Source: Octopus vulgaris
Lineage: Eukaryota
Direction of reading: 5' to 3'
Length of the DNA stretch: 64,000 bases
Assembly (NCBI GenBank): GCA_951406725.2
Contig: OX597828.1
Location: 45,136,001-45,200,000 of the forward strand
Of the stretch, positions 1 through 12,071 are shown piece after piece. The position numbers and the translations under genes are program-made. Below the pieces are notes generated by a model that saw only the letters and a list, made by a program, of their open reading frames with translations, was not told where the DNA came from and did no database searches. Every line of letters begins with the position of its first letter. Position 1 is the first letter of the stretch.

Positions 1-9
1 GTGTCTTCT

Positions 10-103
10 TCTCTAACTCCAAAGCCAACCAAAGCCTTCTGGGCAGATTTGGTACATGGAAACTGTAAGATGCCCATCATTGTGTGCATGTATGTGAGTG
101 TGT

Positions 104-159
<56 letters not shown>

Positions 160-355
160 TGTGGTGTGTGAGTGTGTGTGTGTGTGTGTGTGTTTGTGTC
201 TGTGATTGTCCACCACCATTGCTTGACAACAGATGTTGGTAAATTTATGTCCCCATAACTTAGTGCTTCGGCAAGAGAGACTGATAAAAGAAGCACCAGC
301 ATGGCCACAGTCTTATGACTGAAGGAAGCGCAAAACAGAAGGGAAAAGATAAAAG
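10..355 (+). mobile_element. Degenerate 5'-truncated copy of SINE family A (my label for the dominant SINE here)
   Basis: Matches the 3240-3648 copy: ccaaagcc...gatttggta...aaactg, (TG)n, gcttgacaac...gatgttggt...cccataacttag...gcatggccacagtc. Confidence 0.75.
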
Positions 356-1100
356 ATATGTACATGAGTGTATGTGTGTGTGTGTGTGTGTGTGGATGTA
401 AGTGTGTGTGTGCATGTGTGCATTTATGTGTGTGTGCAAGCCTGTGTGCATGTGTTCATGTTCATGCGTGTGTCAGTGCATGTGTGCATGTGTATGTGTG
501 CATGCACGCATGTATGTGTGTGTGTCCACTACCACTGCTTCATAACAGGTGTTGGTGTGTTTATGTCCCCCATAACTTAGCAGCTCAGCAATAGTGTCCA
601 ATAGAATAAGTGCCAGACTTAACAAAAAAAAAAAAGGAAAAAGAAAAGAAAAGAGTACAAGGGTCAAGGGTCAATTCATGATTCATTTGACTATAAAGAA
701 AATTCTTTGAGGCAGTGCCCCAGCATGGCCGCTGTATAATGACTGAAACAAGTAAAAGATAAAAAGATAGAAGCTGGCTGCAAATACAGGAAACAGTATT
801 CAGATGAGCATTGACAGACATATAGGTGGATGGGCTGAGGGTGGTTATTCAAATGAAATACGTCAACGATATACATTATGATAAAGAGCAAAGATAGAGT
901 TTCTTCCAGAAATAACGGACATCAACAACTAAAAATAATCTAAACAATAACAAAAAATAAAAATAAAACAAACATGCCAGAATAAACAGTCTCCACTAGA
1001 GAAAAAAATAAGAGAATAAAGGAATAAATAAATAATAATAATGATCATAATAATAACAATAATGATGATAATAATAGTAATAATAATAAAAATAGTCATA

Positions 1101-1142
<42 letters not shown>

Positions 1143-1312
1143 GTAATAATAATAAATAAAGGTAAGAGCAATGCCATGCCATATATAGTGAAAAGCAAAA
1201 CTAGATAATGCATTCTTGCATTCTTCATTGAAAAGAACAAGACAGGACAATTGTGGATGAATGAACCACTAAAATGCCTTCAAGACAAATAATATCGATA
1301 AGGATGATAATG

Positions 1313-1370
<58 letters not shown>

Positions 1371-1385
1371 TGATGATGATGATAA

Positions 1386-1418
<33 letters not shown>

Positions 1419-1425
1419 AATAATG

Positions 1426-1492
<67 letters not shown>

Positions 1493-1524
1493 TAATAATA
1501 ATAAAAATGATGATAACGATAATA

Positions 1525-1740
1525 ATCCTTTCCATTATAGGCACAAGGCCTGAAATTTTGGAGGAGGGGAACTAGTCGATTACATCAACCCCAGAATTTC
1601 ACTGGTACTAAATTTACTGACCCCAGAAGGATGAAAGGCAAAGTCAATCTCGGCGGAATTTGAACTCAGAACATAGCGACAGGCAAAATACCTCTAACCA
1701 TTTCACCCAATGTGCTAATGACTATATAGGTTCATCGCCT
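1525..1740 (-). mobile_element. tRNA-derived SINE family C
   Basis: Reverse complement of the 14287-14513 element (ttctgagttcaaattccgccgag...ctttgcctttcatcc...gtaccagt); embedded in (TAA)n. Confidence 0.8.
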
Positions 1741-1778
<38 letters not shown>

Positions 1779-1970
1779 GATATTATTGATAACAATTAGT
1801 CATAATTAAACTATAATGATAGCAAATTTTGTGGGAAGGCAGTTAGTTGATTACAGAAAAGGTGTAAAATATTTTACAGTAAAGGTGTAAAATAAATGAA
1901 TAAATAAATAAGTATAGTATTGATTATAGCAAAAACGCTAAGAATACTAATATACTAAATACAATGAAGC

Positions 1971-2003
<33 letters not shown>

Positions 2004-2070
2004 GACAATAAACCTTATAGAGTAAAAAAATGTTAGTCAAGCATGAAAAATGTACATGCATGTAGCTCAC

Positions 2071-2091
2071 CGAATTGACATTCTGCGTATT
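2071..2091 (-). CDS. Candidate 21-nt microexon of an unidentified minus-strand gene
   Basis: Minus strand reads actttctcctgcatttcag|AATACGCAGAATGTCAATTCG|gtgagc. Length is 3n and all frames are open (NTQNVNS / EYAECQF / IRRMSI). TGC lies in the pyrimidine tract; TGCATG (2055-2060) and ACTAAC (2032-2037) lie just downstream. Confidence 0.7.
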
Positions 2092-2363
2092 CTGAAATGC
2101 AGGAGAAAGTTTTCAGTTACTAACAATGTGTGAAGCATGTAGTGTGCAAAAAAAGGGGTTCTTTAGGGTGAAATAGGGTGCAGTAAGATTTTGCAGGGTA
2201 AAATACATGAGATTTAGTCAATATTTAATTTTTAGATAATGTTTATTTGGTGTCAAGAGTAAGAGTAGAGAAGGGGCGGAGCATTAATTTTTGTTGTAAA
2301 TGAAAATGTTGTAAAGAAAAGGCAGCTGTTACATAAATATTGATGATATATGCATGTGTATGA

Positions 2364-2403
<40 letters not shown>

Positions 2404-2730
2404 AATTGCAATATCAGAAATACAAATGCAAACAGTTATGTTTGTGTATATATGCATGTATGTTCATATATATATATATATCTTTACATACATACATGTA
2501 TATATATATATTTTTTTTTTATATAAGTGTATATATGTATATATGTTTATATATGTATATATGTATATACATACATATATCATCATCATCATCATCATCA
2601 TCGTTTAACGTCCGTTCTCCATGCTAGCATAGGTTTATATATATATATATATATGAATGTGTGTATATACATACATATATATATACAAATATACATATAC
2701 ATACATACATCTATACATACACACACACAC

Positions 2731-2777
<47 letters not shown>

Positions 2778-2890
2778 CACACATATATATATATATTTGT
2801 AGGCATGTAGGTAGACACACAGACAATCAGGCTTGTAGATAAACTGATCAGTAAACAGACAAATAGCTAAACAGACAGATAGATGAAGAA

Positions 2891-2941
<51 letters not shown>

Positions 2942-3239
2942 GAGAGAGAGAGTTATTGAGAATTTCTTAATCAAACGAACATGGTAAGACCACTTCGAAT
3001 AAATCACACATTGTATAAAAATCTGATTGTGCATGTTTCAATTAAACAGCGAATCCAACAAAAGGCCATTGCTTTTTTGTTTGAGAACATGTCAAAGAAC
3101 AAGAGTAAAATATAAAGAAATAAATGAAGAAAAAGAGAAATATGGAGAAATGACAGATAAATGGAAAAAAAATATTCTAAACAAATCATAGAGAAATACT
3201 TGTTAAAATAGTGACATAGAAACATTCTATATACATATA

Positions 3240-3648
3240 GGCGCAGGAGTGGCTGTGTGGTAAGTAGCTTGCTAACCAACCACATGGTTCCGGGTTCAGT
3301 CCCACTGTGTGGCATCTTGGGCAAGTGTCTTCTGCTATAGCCCCGGGCCGACCAATGCCTTGTGAGTGGATTTGGTAGACGGAAACTGAAAGAAGCCCGT
3401 CGTATATATGTATATATATATATATATGTGTGTGTGTGTTTGTGTGTTTGTGTTTGTCCCCCTAGCATTGCTTGACAACCGATGCTGGTGCGTTTACGTC
3501 CCCGTAACTTAGCGGTTCGGCAAAAGAGACCGATAGAATAAGTACTGGGCTTACAAAGAATAAGTCCCGGGGTCGATTTGCTCGACTAAAAGCGGTGCCC
3601 CAGCATGGCCGCAGTCAACTGACTGAAACAAGTAAAAGAGTAAAAGAG
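3240..3648 (+). mobile_element. Full-length SINE family A (tRNA-like head, internal TA/TG microsatellite, gtaaaaga tail)
   Basis: Head ggcgcaggagtggctgtgtggtaag...ggttccgggttcagtccc has A/B-box-like motifs; near-identical copies occur at 13201, 18111, 25710, 27471 and 59696. Confidence 0.9.
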
Positions 3649-3658
3649 TATATGTGCT

Positions 3659-3914
3659 TATAAATACAGTGTACATTTAAACACATTAGAGGCGTCCATC
3701 AAAGGACTCCTTGCACGCTAGAGAGAACAGTTAAATTCCAACCTTCTATTAGGGATAAAATTTCGAAGGAAATGAAAAATAAAAACATTTACCATCTCCA
3801 TGCCCTTCGAAATTTTATCTCTAATAGTGGTCTGGAATTTAACTGTCCTTTCTAGCGTGCAAGGAGTCCTATGATGGATGCTTCTTATGTGTTTAAATGT
3901 ACACTGTATTTATA
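3659..3914. repeat. Imperfect inverted repeat, arms ~111 bp
   Basis: 3659-3769 is the reverse complement of 3804-3914 with scattered mismatches (e.g. tataaatacagtgtacatttaaacaca / tgtgtttaaatgtacactgtatttata). Confidence 0.9.
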
Positions 3915-4481
3915 TGAATAATATATAGTCTGTTGACTAAAGTTTTACACGCTAGCCCACTGGTAATGGACATTTCTAATATTTCTGATTACCCTTTGAT
4001 ATTATACATATGTGCATATATACATTAGGTATATATAAATATAAAGTTTAAATGGAGTGCTGTTAAAGGTAAAATGTCATTATCACCATCGTTGTCATCA
4101 TCATCAACCTTTTGATCATCATCATCTCTATGTGTGTGTGTATATATTATATAGATATATTTACAGAATGATTTGACAGGAAAAATAGCATCAACCATTT
4201 CAACATATTTTATATAATATATATATTCACATACACGGATGCAAACACATATTTATACATGTTTGTATGTGCATATCTATGTATATGTGTATATGTATGT
4301 AAGCATGTATGAGTGTGTGTATGTATATATTTATATATATATATATATATATGTATATAAATTAGAGAAGAACCACCGCGTAGCATCACTTATCTAAGAA
4401 AATTTTTCCCTGTAAGTTTGGAATCATATTCCCTAATATTATTATTATTATAAGTTTTATATATATATATAAATATATCAT

Positions 4482-4952
4482 AATCATCATCATCATCATC
4501 GTTTAACGTCCATTTTCCATGCTAGCATGGGTTGGATGGTTCGACCAGGGTCTGCGAAGCCAGGAGGCTGCGCCAGGCTCTAGTCTGATCTGGCAGTGTT
4601 TCTACAGCTGGATGCCCTTCGTAACGCCAACCACTCAGTGAGTGTAGTGGGTGCTTTTTATGTGCCACCGGAACAGGGGCCAGAGGAGGCTGGCAACACA
4701 GCCATGATCGGTCGGTGCTTTTTACATGACACCAACATGGACACCAGTCAGGCGGCGCTGGCATCATCCACGTTCAGATGGTGCTTTTTACGTTCCACCG
4801 GCACGGGTATCATAATTACAATTTCCATTTGATTTTTATTTTGATGTTGACGTACTTGACTCAATAGGTCTCTTCAAGCACAGCGGGTCACCCTACAATC
4901 CAAGGTTAGCACAGCAGACTGTCCTGCAAGCCATGAACTCCCTTCATTTGTC
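4482..4952 (-). mobile_element. 5'-truncated RTE LINE 3' end with (GAT)n tail
   Basis: Reverse complement matches the 3' end of the RT-bearing element at 33710-35645. Confidence 0.85.
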
Positions 4953-4961
4953 AGGTACTCT

Positions 4962-5143
4962 ATATTATAGTGGGGTAGGCTGGTTTATGCAGTTTATTAT
5001 AGTGGGGTAGGTTGGCCTGAGTCCTCTTTAAAGAGATCTCAGGTCAGCAGTGCTTGGGGTCTGAACATATGCCATAAGGCTAAACCCCTTATGAGCAAGA
5101 AACCAAGGTTGACCCCATGAACAGGTTTACTCCACTATAATAT
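4962..5143. mobile_element. MITE-like element with ~28-bp imperfect terminal inverted repeats
   Basis: atattatagtggggtaggctggtttatg (4962-4989) versus the reverse complement of catgaacaggtttactccactataatat (5116-5143); the first 12 nt are identical; no ORF. Confidence 0.6.
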
Positions 5144-5204
5144 TAACTGTTCTACATCTTGGGGTGTGCTTCTTCTCTGGATTTATGCATTTCTACAAAC
5201 AATC

Positions 5205-5285
<81 letters not shown>

Positions 5286-6233
5286 TGTTTGAAGTGATGT
5301 ACAGATATTGTATATTAAGAAAGAGGAGGCAGTCAGAATTTTGGATAATTCTTTATTTTTAGTGCTTTCATCTGTGCAAGGGTTTTTTTTTCAAAATAAA
5401 TTTTTTAGAAAATTTCTTGGCTTTTATACAAATGGTGAGGAAGAGAGAGATGGAAGAGAAAACAGGGTGGTGAGGAGGGGGAAAAAGAGGGAGGGGGACA
5501 GGGTGGAGAGAAAAGAAACCAGAAAGGAAGTATTTAGATGTTTTGGGGATTGTTGATGACACTTCAAGATGTCGATTTGGTTTTTTAAAGAGAGAGAGAG
5601 AAAAAAAAAGAGACACTAAGAAGCAGAGGAGGGAAAGAGAGAGAAAAGAGGAAAAAAAAGAAAGTGATGAAAGAGAAAGATCCAGAAAGGGGCTATTTTC
5701 AATTGTATTGTATATATGTGGTCAGTCTGTTGAAATTTAATTACAACTCAATTTAATTAATTACAATTACAATTATTTAGTTATTGGTTTTGAAAGCATG
5801 TCTCTCTTTTACATACAAGCATGCATACATACATATATACATACATACATACACACATACATACATACATAAATATATACATACATCTGTTGTTGATGTT
5901 GAAATTTCAATGAATGGGCCTTGAATTTATGTTAGAAGCTGACTCTTACTCTATAGACAAGAAATCTTGAAATAAAACTAAACAGCGATGTACATACACA
6001 AATATGTATACATACACATACATACAAATATGTCTCACTCACCACACACACACACCACATACACACACATACATACCACATACACACACACATTGGCCAT
6101 TTTCACATTCTCCTTCTATCAAAAACCATTTTCTCTATCTTTCTCCACTTTCAGTCACTTCAGCCATCTGATCAAAAATGTACTTTTCTTGGACTATTCT
6201 TTCCTTTCTCTCTGGAAGTTTTCTTCTTCCTTC

Positions 6234-6266
6234 TGTCTGATGAAGAGCTATGCTCGAAACATCACA
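6234..6266 (+). ncRNA. Degenerate minimal hammerhead ribozyme motif (Penelope pLTR-type)
   Basis: tgt-CTGATGA-a-gagc tat gctc-GAAA-c-atc-aca: core boxes and a 4-bp stem II are intact; stems I and III are weak. Confidence 0.6.
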
Positions 6267-6611
6267 CACACCCTCTTTTTTCCCATCTTAAACTGAGCAT
6301 CAGCCTAATACATTCAGTGTGTATAGCCTATTGACTTTTCTTGATTTTTTCAATTTGCGTATACACACACACACACATATACACATACATATATACATGC
6401 TTTGGGTATAAGAAAATACAGGTGGATGAGTTAATTATGATTTTATGCAACAACTTATTCCCTTCTCAGATTCACACAGCTTTTGCAGTGGTCCTTCAGA
6501 ATTTGGCTAAGCCTTGTAAAAGATCTCGGAAGTTTGGGGTTCCAACCAGGCCTTCCTTGATGTACTTAAAATAAGGAACTTTTCAGCACCCATCATATAT
6601 GTATGTAAGTA

Positions 6612-6911
6612 TGTTTGTTCCTTCTCGAGGCATGTCTGGCTCATAAGGGCCAGTTTTCCGGTTTCCTTGGCATATAGGTTCCCCACCTGGATGGGATGCC
6701 AGTCCATCGCAAGTGAGCTGCAAGATGCAGGAGGAAAGATTGAGAGAAAGTTGTGGCGAAAGAGTCAACAGAAGTTCGCCATTACCTTCTGCCGGAGCCG
6801 CATGGAGCTTAGGTGTTTCCCTCATAAACACACATATCACCTGGTATAAAATTTGAACCCATGATCCCTCGACTGCGAGTCTGCTGCTCTAACCAATAGG
6901 CCATGTGCCTC
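6612..6911 (-). mobile_element. tRNA-derived SINE family D
   Basis: Reverse complement of the 39259-39558 copy. Confidence 0.85.
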
Positions 6912-6924
6912 CACATGTATGTAT

Positions 6925-7125
6925 CATCCTCATCATCATCATCATCATTTAGCGTCCGCTTTCCATGCTAGCATGGGTTGGACGGTTCAACTGGGGTCTG
7001 GGAAGCCAGAAGGCTGCGCCAGGCCCAGTCTGATCTGGCAATGTTTCTACGGCTGGATGCCCTTCCTAACGCCAACCACTCCTTGAGTGTAGTGGGTGCT
7101 TTTTACGTGCCACCAGCACAGGTAC
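6925..7125 (-). mobile_element. RTE LINE 3' end fragment
   Basis: (CAT)n followed by ccatgctagcatgggttggacgg...ggatgcccttcctaacgccaaccactc. Confidence 0.85.
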
Positions 7126-7133
7126 CAGACGAG

Positions 7134-7167
<34 letters not shown>

Positions 7168-7824
7168 TTGTATTGTGTGTGTGGTGTGTGTGTTCGTGTG
7201 TGTGTATGTGTATGTGTCATCGTTGTTGTTCTACATACTGCTGACATGAGTCGAACAGATCATGATTGTTCACGCCATCTCATATTAGAAAACAGACTGA
7301 TTCCAGAAACTGGATCTGGAAGTCCTCCTCTCTCTAACTACTTCTCAGAGTCTACCAAGTACAGATTATTATACCACCAATACCAATAACATTGAATAAT
7401 CCTCATCAAGGCTGGGTGAGTAGGACTTCAGAACCCTGAACATGCTACAACTGAGATTAACCCAAGGGAACAGGTCCGGCTGTAGTCTGGAAAATACATC
7501 TGGGAGAAGACACTCATCCTTGTTAGTTAGGGTAATCTAGAACCTCTAGTGTTTCTTAACTGACCTGAAGTGGCTGACCCTGTCATTCCCACTCCGAGTG
7601 AGAAATTCCATTTTATTTCTTTTGCGGATTGCTGTTTCCAGTGCAATGTGTAGGCACATGGCATAGCATTTAGAACGTGGGCCTGGAGATCATAAGTTTG
7701 CAGGTTCAGTTCTTAGACCAGGCAGTCCATTGTATTATTGTTTAAGGTACACCATGTCCTATTGTTCCAGTCTACTTGGTTGAAATGTGAGTACCTATCA
7801 ACCCCTCAAATGATAGCACAGCTC

Positions 7825-7865
<41 letters not shown>

Positions 7866-8689
7866 GTCTCTCTCTCTCTCTCTCTTTCTCTCTCTGTGAA
7901 TATGTCTGTCTCTGTCTGTCTGTTTGTCAGTTTGTCTGTCTCTGTCAGTCAGTCTTTCTGTTTGCCTGTCTGTCTGTCTCTCACTCTCTCTGTGAGTATG
8001 TCTGTCTGTCTGTCAGTTCGTATGTTTGTCTCTCTCTGTCTGCCTGCCTGTCTGCCTGTCTCTTTATCTCGCCACCACCATACTACCATCACCACTACCA
8101 TACCACCACCACCATACCACCACCAAAACCACCACCACCACCACCACCATCATCATTATCATCATCGTTACTATTTGCTATAACGAGATATATTAAAAGT
8201 TGAAATTTAATTTCTTATTCAAAAAATCAAAATAAAAAGAGTAAAATTCCTCGTGTTTGATGTTTATTTTTAATTTTGTTATATTTCTTTGCTTTTCTTC
8301 TTTCTGCTGCAGTTTGTTGACACTGTTGTTGTTGTTATTGTTGTTGTTGGCGGTGGCGGTGGTGGTGGTAATGACAGTGGCGTCGGCGGGGATGATGGCG
8401 TTGTTGTTGTTGTCGTCATCGTTATTGTACTTGTATATATTTATTTTACGCTTTGCTTCGGCTATTTGTTTGTTTTTTTTTTGGTGTTTTTTTTGTGTTT
8501 TTTTTTTGTTTTTGGTCTTTTCTTCATACACATCGAGAAAAAGCTACCGCATTAATTAGTCAAAGAGGTAAACAAACACATAACACCAAGAATCGTATAG
8601 CCAAAACAGCCTAGCTTACAGAGCAAAAACAAAAAAAAAAAACCCCAAAAATAAACAAAAAAAAATACTAATAATAATAATAATGATGG

Positions 8690-8721
<32 letters not shown>

Positions 8722-8924
8722 GTAATGATGAAATTAAAAAAAATTAAAGGGAGAGTAACGACAAACGAAATAAAATAGCAAATCAATTGATCAGTATTGA
8801 TGGAGCTTGCTAGAAATAGCTGCGTCGGCTAAGTATGTTTATGATGGATCTATTATCATTGAGAAGATTGACATAGCAACAACATCTCCAAATACAATCA
8901 CTGATTTGTTTTTCCACACTAGTT

Positions 8925-9005
8925 TTACTGCCCCAGTTTAAACATTCGTCGGAAGTTACAGTATTTATCTCGGTAAATTTCTTCTGTCTCTCCATCTGCT
9001 CTCAT
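8925..9005 (-). CDS. Candidate alternative terminal coding exon
   Basis: Acceptor (ttttc)n tttttgttgatgaacag; phase-0 reading MRADGETEEIYRDKYCNFRRMFKLGQ*, phase-1 reading DESRWRDRRNLPR*. Non-repetitive composition, but a decayed repeat motif (gctatttctagca) lies ~100 bp downstream. Confidence 0.35.
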   Translation of the reverse strand: MRADGETEEIYRDKYCNFRRMFKLGQ

Positions 9006-9506
9006 CTGTTCATCAACAAAAAGAAAAGAAAAGAAAAGAAAAGAAAAAGAAAAAGCTATCCTTATTCTCAGGAGGGTAAAACCAAAAAATAGAAGAAAAA
9101 TATATCTTTTCTCCTTGCTGCTGTTGTTGTTGTTGTCGTTGTTGTGTTGCTAAGTCATTGGCCGCAGGTAACCTCTCCTGACCTCAAATAAACTTTTGGC
9201 AATAGAGAGAGGGCTTGTGATCAAAAGTGCTTTATCCATGAGTATCATTGTCTTCCCTAATTTTCAGGCGTAGCATATCTAGGACTACATTATCCAATGT
9301 TGCCTTCGTGCTTTTTTTTCTATTTTTCTTAAGAGGGCAGAGTGTGATCTGAGGTACATTAGCAGGCTATTTCTAGCAAATCAAATCACCATGAAAATGT
9401 TTTTTTGCTGTGGGGGGGGGGTGTTCTTAGATGAGATGAAACAGCTAATGAAATAACTACATGAGGCTCACTTTTTAATTACTATACTTAAATTTTTAAT
9501 TACTTC

Positions 9507-9581
9507 TATAGCTTCGGACTGACCAAAACCTTGTGAGTGGGTTTGATAGATGGAAACTGAAAGAAGCCCATCGTATATATA

Positions 9582-9629
<48 letters not shown>

Positions 9630-9850
9630 TGTATATGTTTGTGTGTCTGTGTTTGCTCCCCACCAACATCGCTTGACAACCGAACCGCTAAGTTACGTCC
9701 CCGTAACTTAGCGGTTCGGCAAAAGAGACCAATAGAATAAGTACTAGGCTTACAAAGAGTAAGTCCTGGGGTCAATTTGCTTGACTAAAGGCGGTGCTCT
9801 AGCATGGCCACAGTCAAATGACTGAAACAAGTAAAAGAGTAGAAGAGTAA
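9507..9850 (+). mobile_element. SINE family A, 5'-truncated
   Basis: Body and tail match 3240-3648. Confidence 0.85.
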
Positions 9851-10112
9851 GTGATCATTATTTTCTGAATTGCTTCAATTGAAGCCCACATGATTAAGAC
9901 ACAAACTCCAGTTTGAGTAGGCCAGAGGTTCTCAACCACTTGTTGTCTATGGACCCCTTTGATTATAATTTTATTCTGGTGTACTCCTCAAACCCATTCA
10001 ATGTTTAAAAACTAGTTTTATAGACTCATTTTTCAAAATTCCCATTCTGTTTTTCACCTATTAACTTGTCTAGGTTCAACTCTTACTGCTTGACTATTTG
10101 TCTGCTTGACTA

Positions 10113-10145
<33 letters not shown>

Positions 10146-10159
10146 ACCTGTCTGTCTGT

Positions 10160-10790
10160 CACCGCGAGTGCCGTGTTGCTCTCAAGCAACTATGCCGTCC
10201 CAGGTCGACCTTGAGTGACTCCAACACAACCCACGCATTCTATAGGGGATTAGAGGAGGAGAGGTATGATGATGAGCTCGGGGCGAACCTGGACGTCAAC
10301 GAGGAATACCTGACCCGCCTGTTCAGGACGACTTTCGGGCCAGGGCCCATGGACAACTTCCAGAGATCCCTGGCCTGGCAGTGCTACCGAGAAACGCTAC
10401 CTGTTCAGGATAAGCTTTACAGACACAGCTCGAGAAACACAGGGCTGACCTGCCCGAGATGCGGTCAGAGCGACAAAACTATTGTGCATGCACTCGTGCA
10501 GCGTCCAACAATTTCTGACCTGTGGGCTTATGTCAAACGACTGCTGTCATGTGTGGGATGAGTCAGTTTATCAGCCGAGTCTATCGTCAATATTGTCACG
10601 CCTCCTTCCTTCAAACAGGAAGGAAGAGCTATTTTCATCATCCTTGTGGTTATGGCGAAAGAATGTATCTGGTGGACGCGTCTGAAAGGATTGGAGACAA
10701 AACACTTTCCTCACTGGTCAATCTCTCATCAACTTCTTCAAGTATCACTTGAAAAGGAAAGTGAGAGTAGAGAGGCAAGTCTGGAGTTGC
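10160..10790 (+). mobile_element. L1/Tx1-type LINE ORF2 C-terminal remnant (zf-RVT/CCHC region)
   Basis: AWQCYRETLPVQDKL...CPRCGQSDKTIVHALVQ(R)P...LW, then a stop and ...AKECIWWTR; GC-rich relative to its flanks. Confidence 0.75.
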
Positions 10791-11117
10791 ATGGTCTGCT
10801 AGTTGGAGATGCCTATCTAGCTCTTGTAAACATATAAGAATTCTAGTGAAATAAAGCCAGTGAGGGGGTACTGGCATTGAGAGCTCCTTATGTATGTGCA
10901 TATGTATTTTGTGTTTGTGTTGTTTGTCCCCAACCAGTGTCGGCTCATTTACATAGCAATTTAGCAAAGCTACCTAATAGAATAAGCGCCAGTTTTTTAA
11001 AAGGGAAAAAAGTCCTAGGGTCAATTTATTTGACTAAATCCTCTAAGGTGCCACTACCCCCAGCATAGATGCTGTTGAATTATGGAGACAAATAAAAAAA
11101 AGAAATTAATGCAATTT

Positions 11118-11510
11118 ATAGCTTGCTTACCAACCACATGATTCCGGGTTCAGTCCCACTGCGTGGCACCTTGGGCAAGTGTCATCTACTATAGCCTCAG
11201 GCTGACCAAAGCCTTGTGAGTGGATTTGGTAGATGGAAACTGAAAGAAGCCTGTCGTATATATGTATATGTATGAATATGTGTGTGTGTTTGTGTGTCTG
11301 TGTTTGTCATCCCCCACTGCCAACATCACTTGACAACCGATGCTGGTGCGTTTACGTCCCCGCAACTTAGCGGTTCATCAAAAAGAGACCGATAGAATAA
11401 GTACTAGGCTTGCAAAGAATAAGTCCTGTGGTCGATTTGAACAACTAAAGGAAGTGCTCCAGCATGACCACAGTCAAATGACTGAAACAAGTAAAAGAGT
11501 AAAAAGAGAG
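11118..11510 (+). mobile_element. SINE family A
   Basis: Matches 3240-3648 except for the first ~25 nt. Confidence 0.85.
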
Positions 11511-12034
11511 TATAATTTTGTTGGGATATGAAAGTGGTATACTGCACACGCTGCAATTACGAGGTATTAATCTTGTCAGCACTGCAATAAAGCGTTCGAC
11601 CACAGCATTCATTATAATGGGTTTCTATCTTGAGAAGCTTATTGGCTACAAGTTTATTAAGGATTAAAATTACTATGCACAACACCGATAATTAACGCAA
11701 GGCTTTCCTTCTCTGTCTGCCGGGTCAGTGAGATTCAGCTGTGTGTGTGTGTATGTGTGCGTGTGTGTGTATCCCTCTCTCTCTCTCTTTCTCTCTCTCT
11801 GTGTCTTTGTCAGCCTGTCTGTCTGTGTCTCAGTCTTGGGAACGTTAGCCAGACGAGGTCAACAAAACGAGGGGAAATATATGGTAGACAATCACAACAA
11901 TAACAACAACAGCAACCGATGCACTTCCGATTCCCTCATATTATTTCATAAATTAATTAATATCTCAGACAATCTCATTAACTCAATTATCCTGATTGTC
12001 TAATTATTATCATCAACAACATTGCTATTATTGC

Positions 12035-12071
<37 letters not shown>

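Noticed and set aside
9922-10080. hAT-like left end cagaggttctcaacc
   Set aside because: No matching right terminus or 8-bp TSD was found, so an element could not be delimited.
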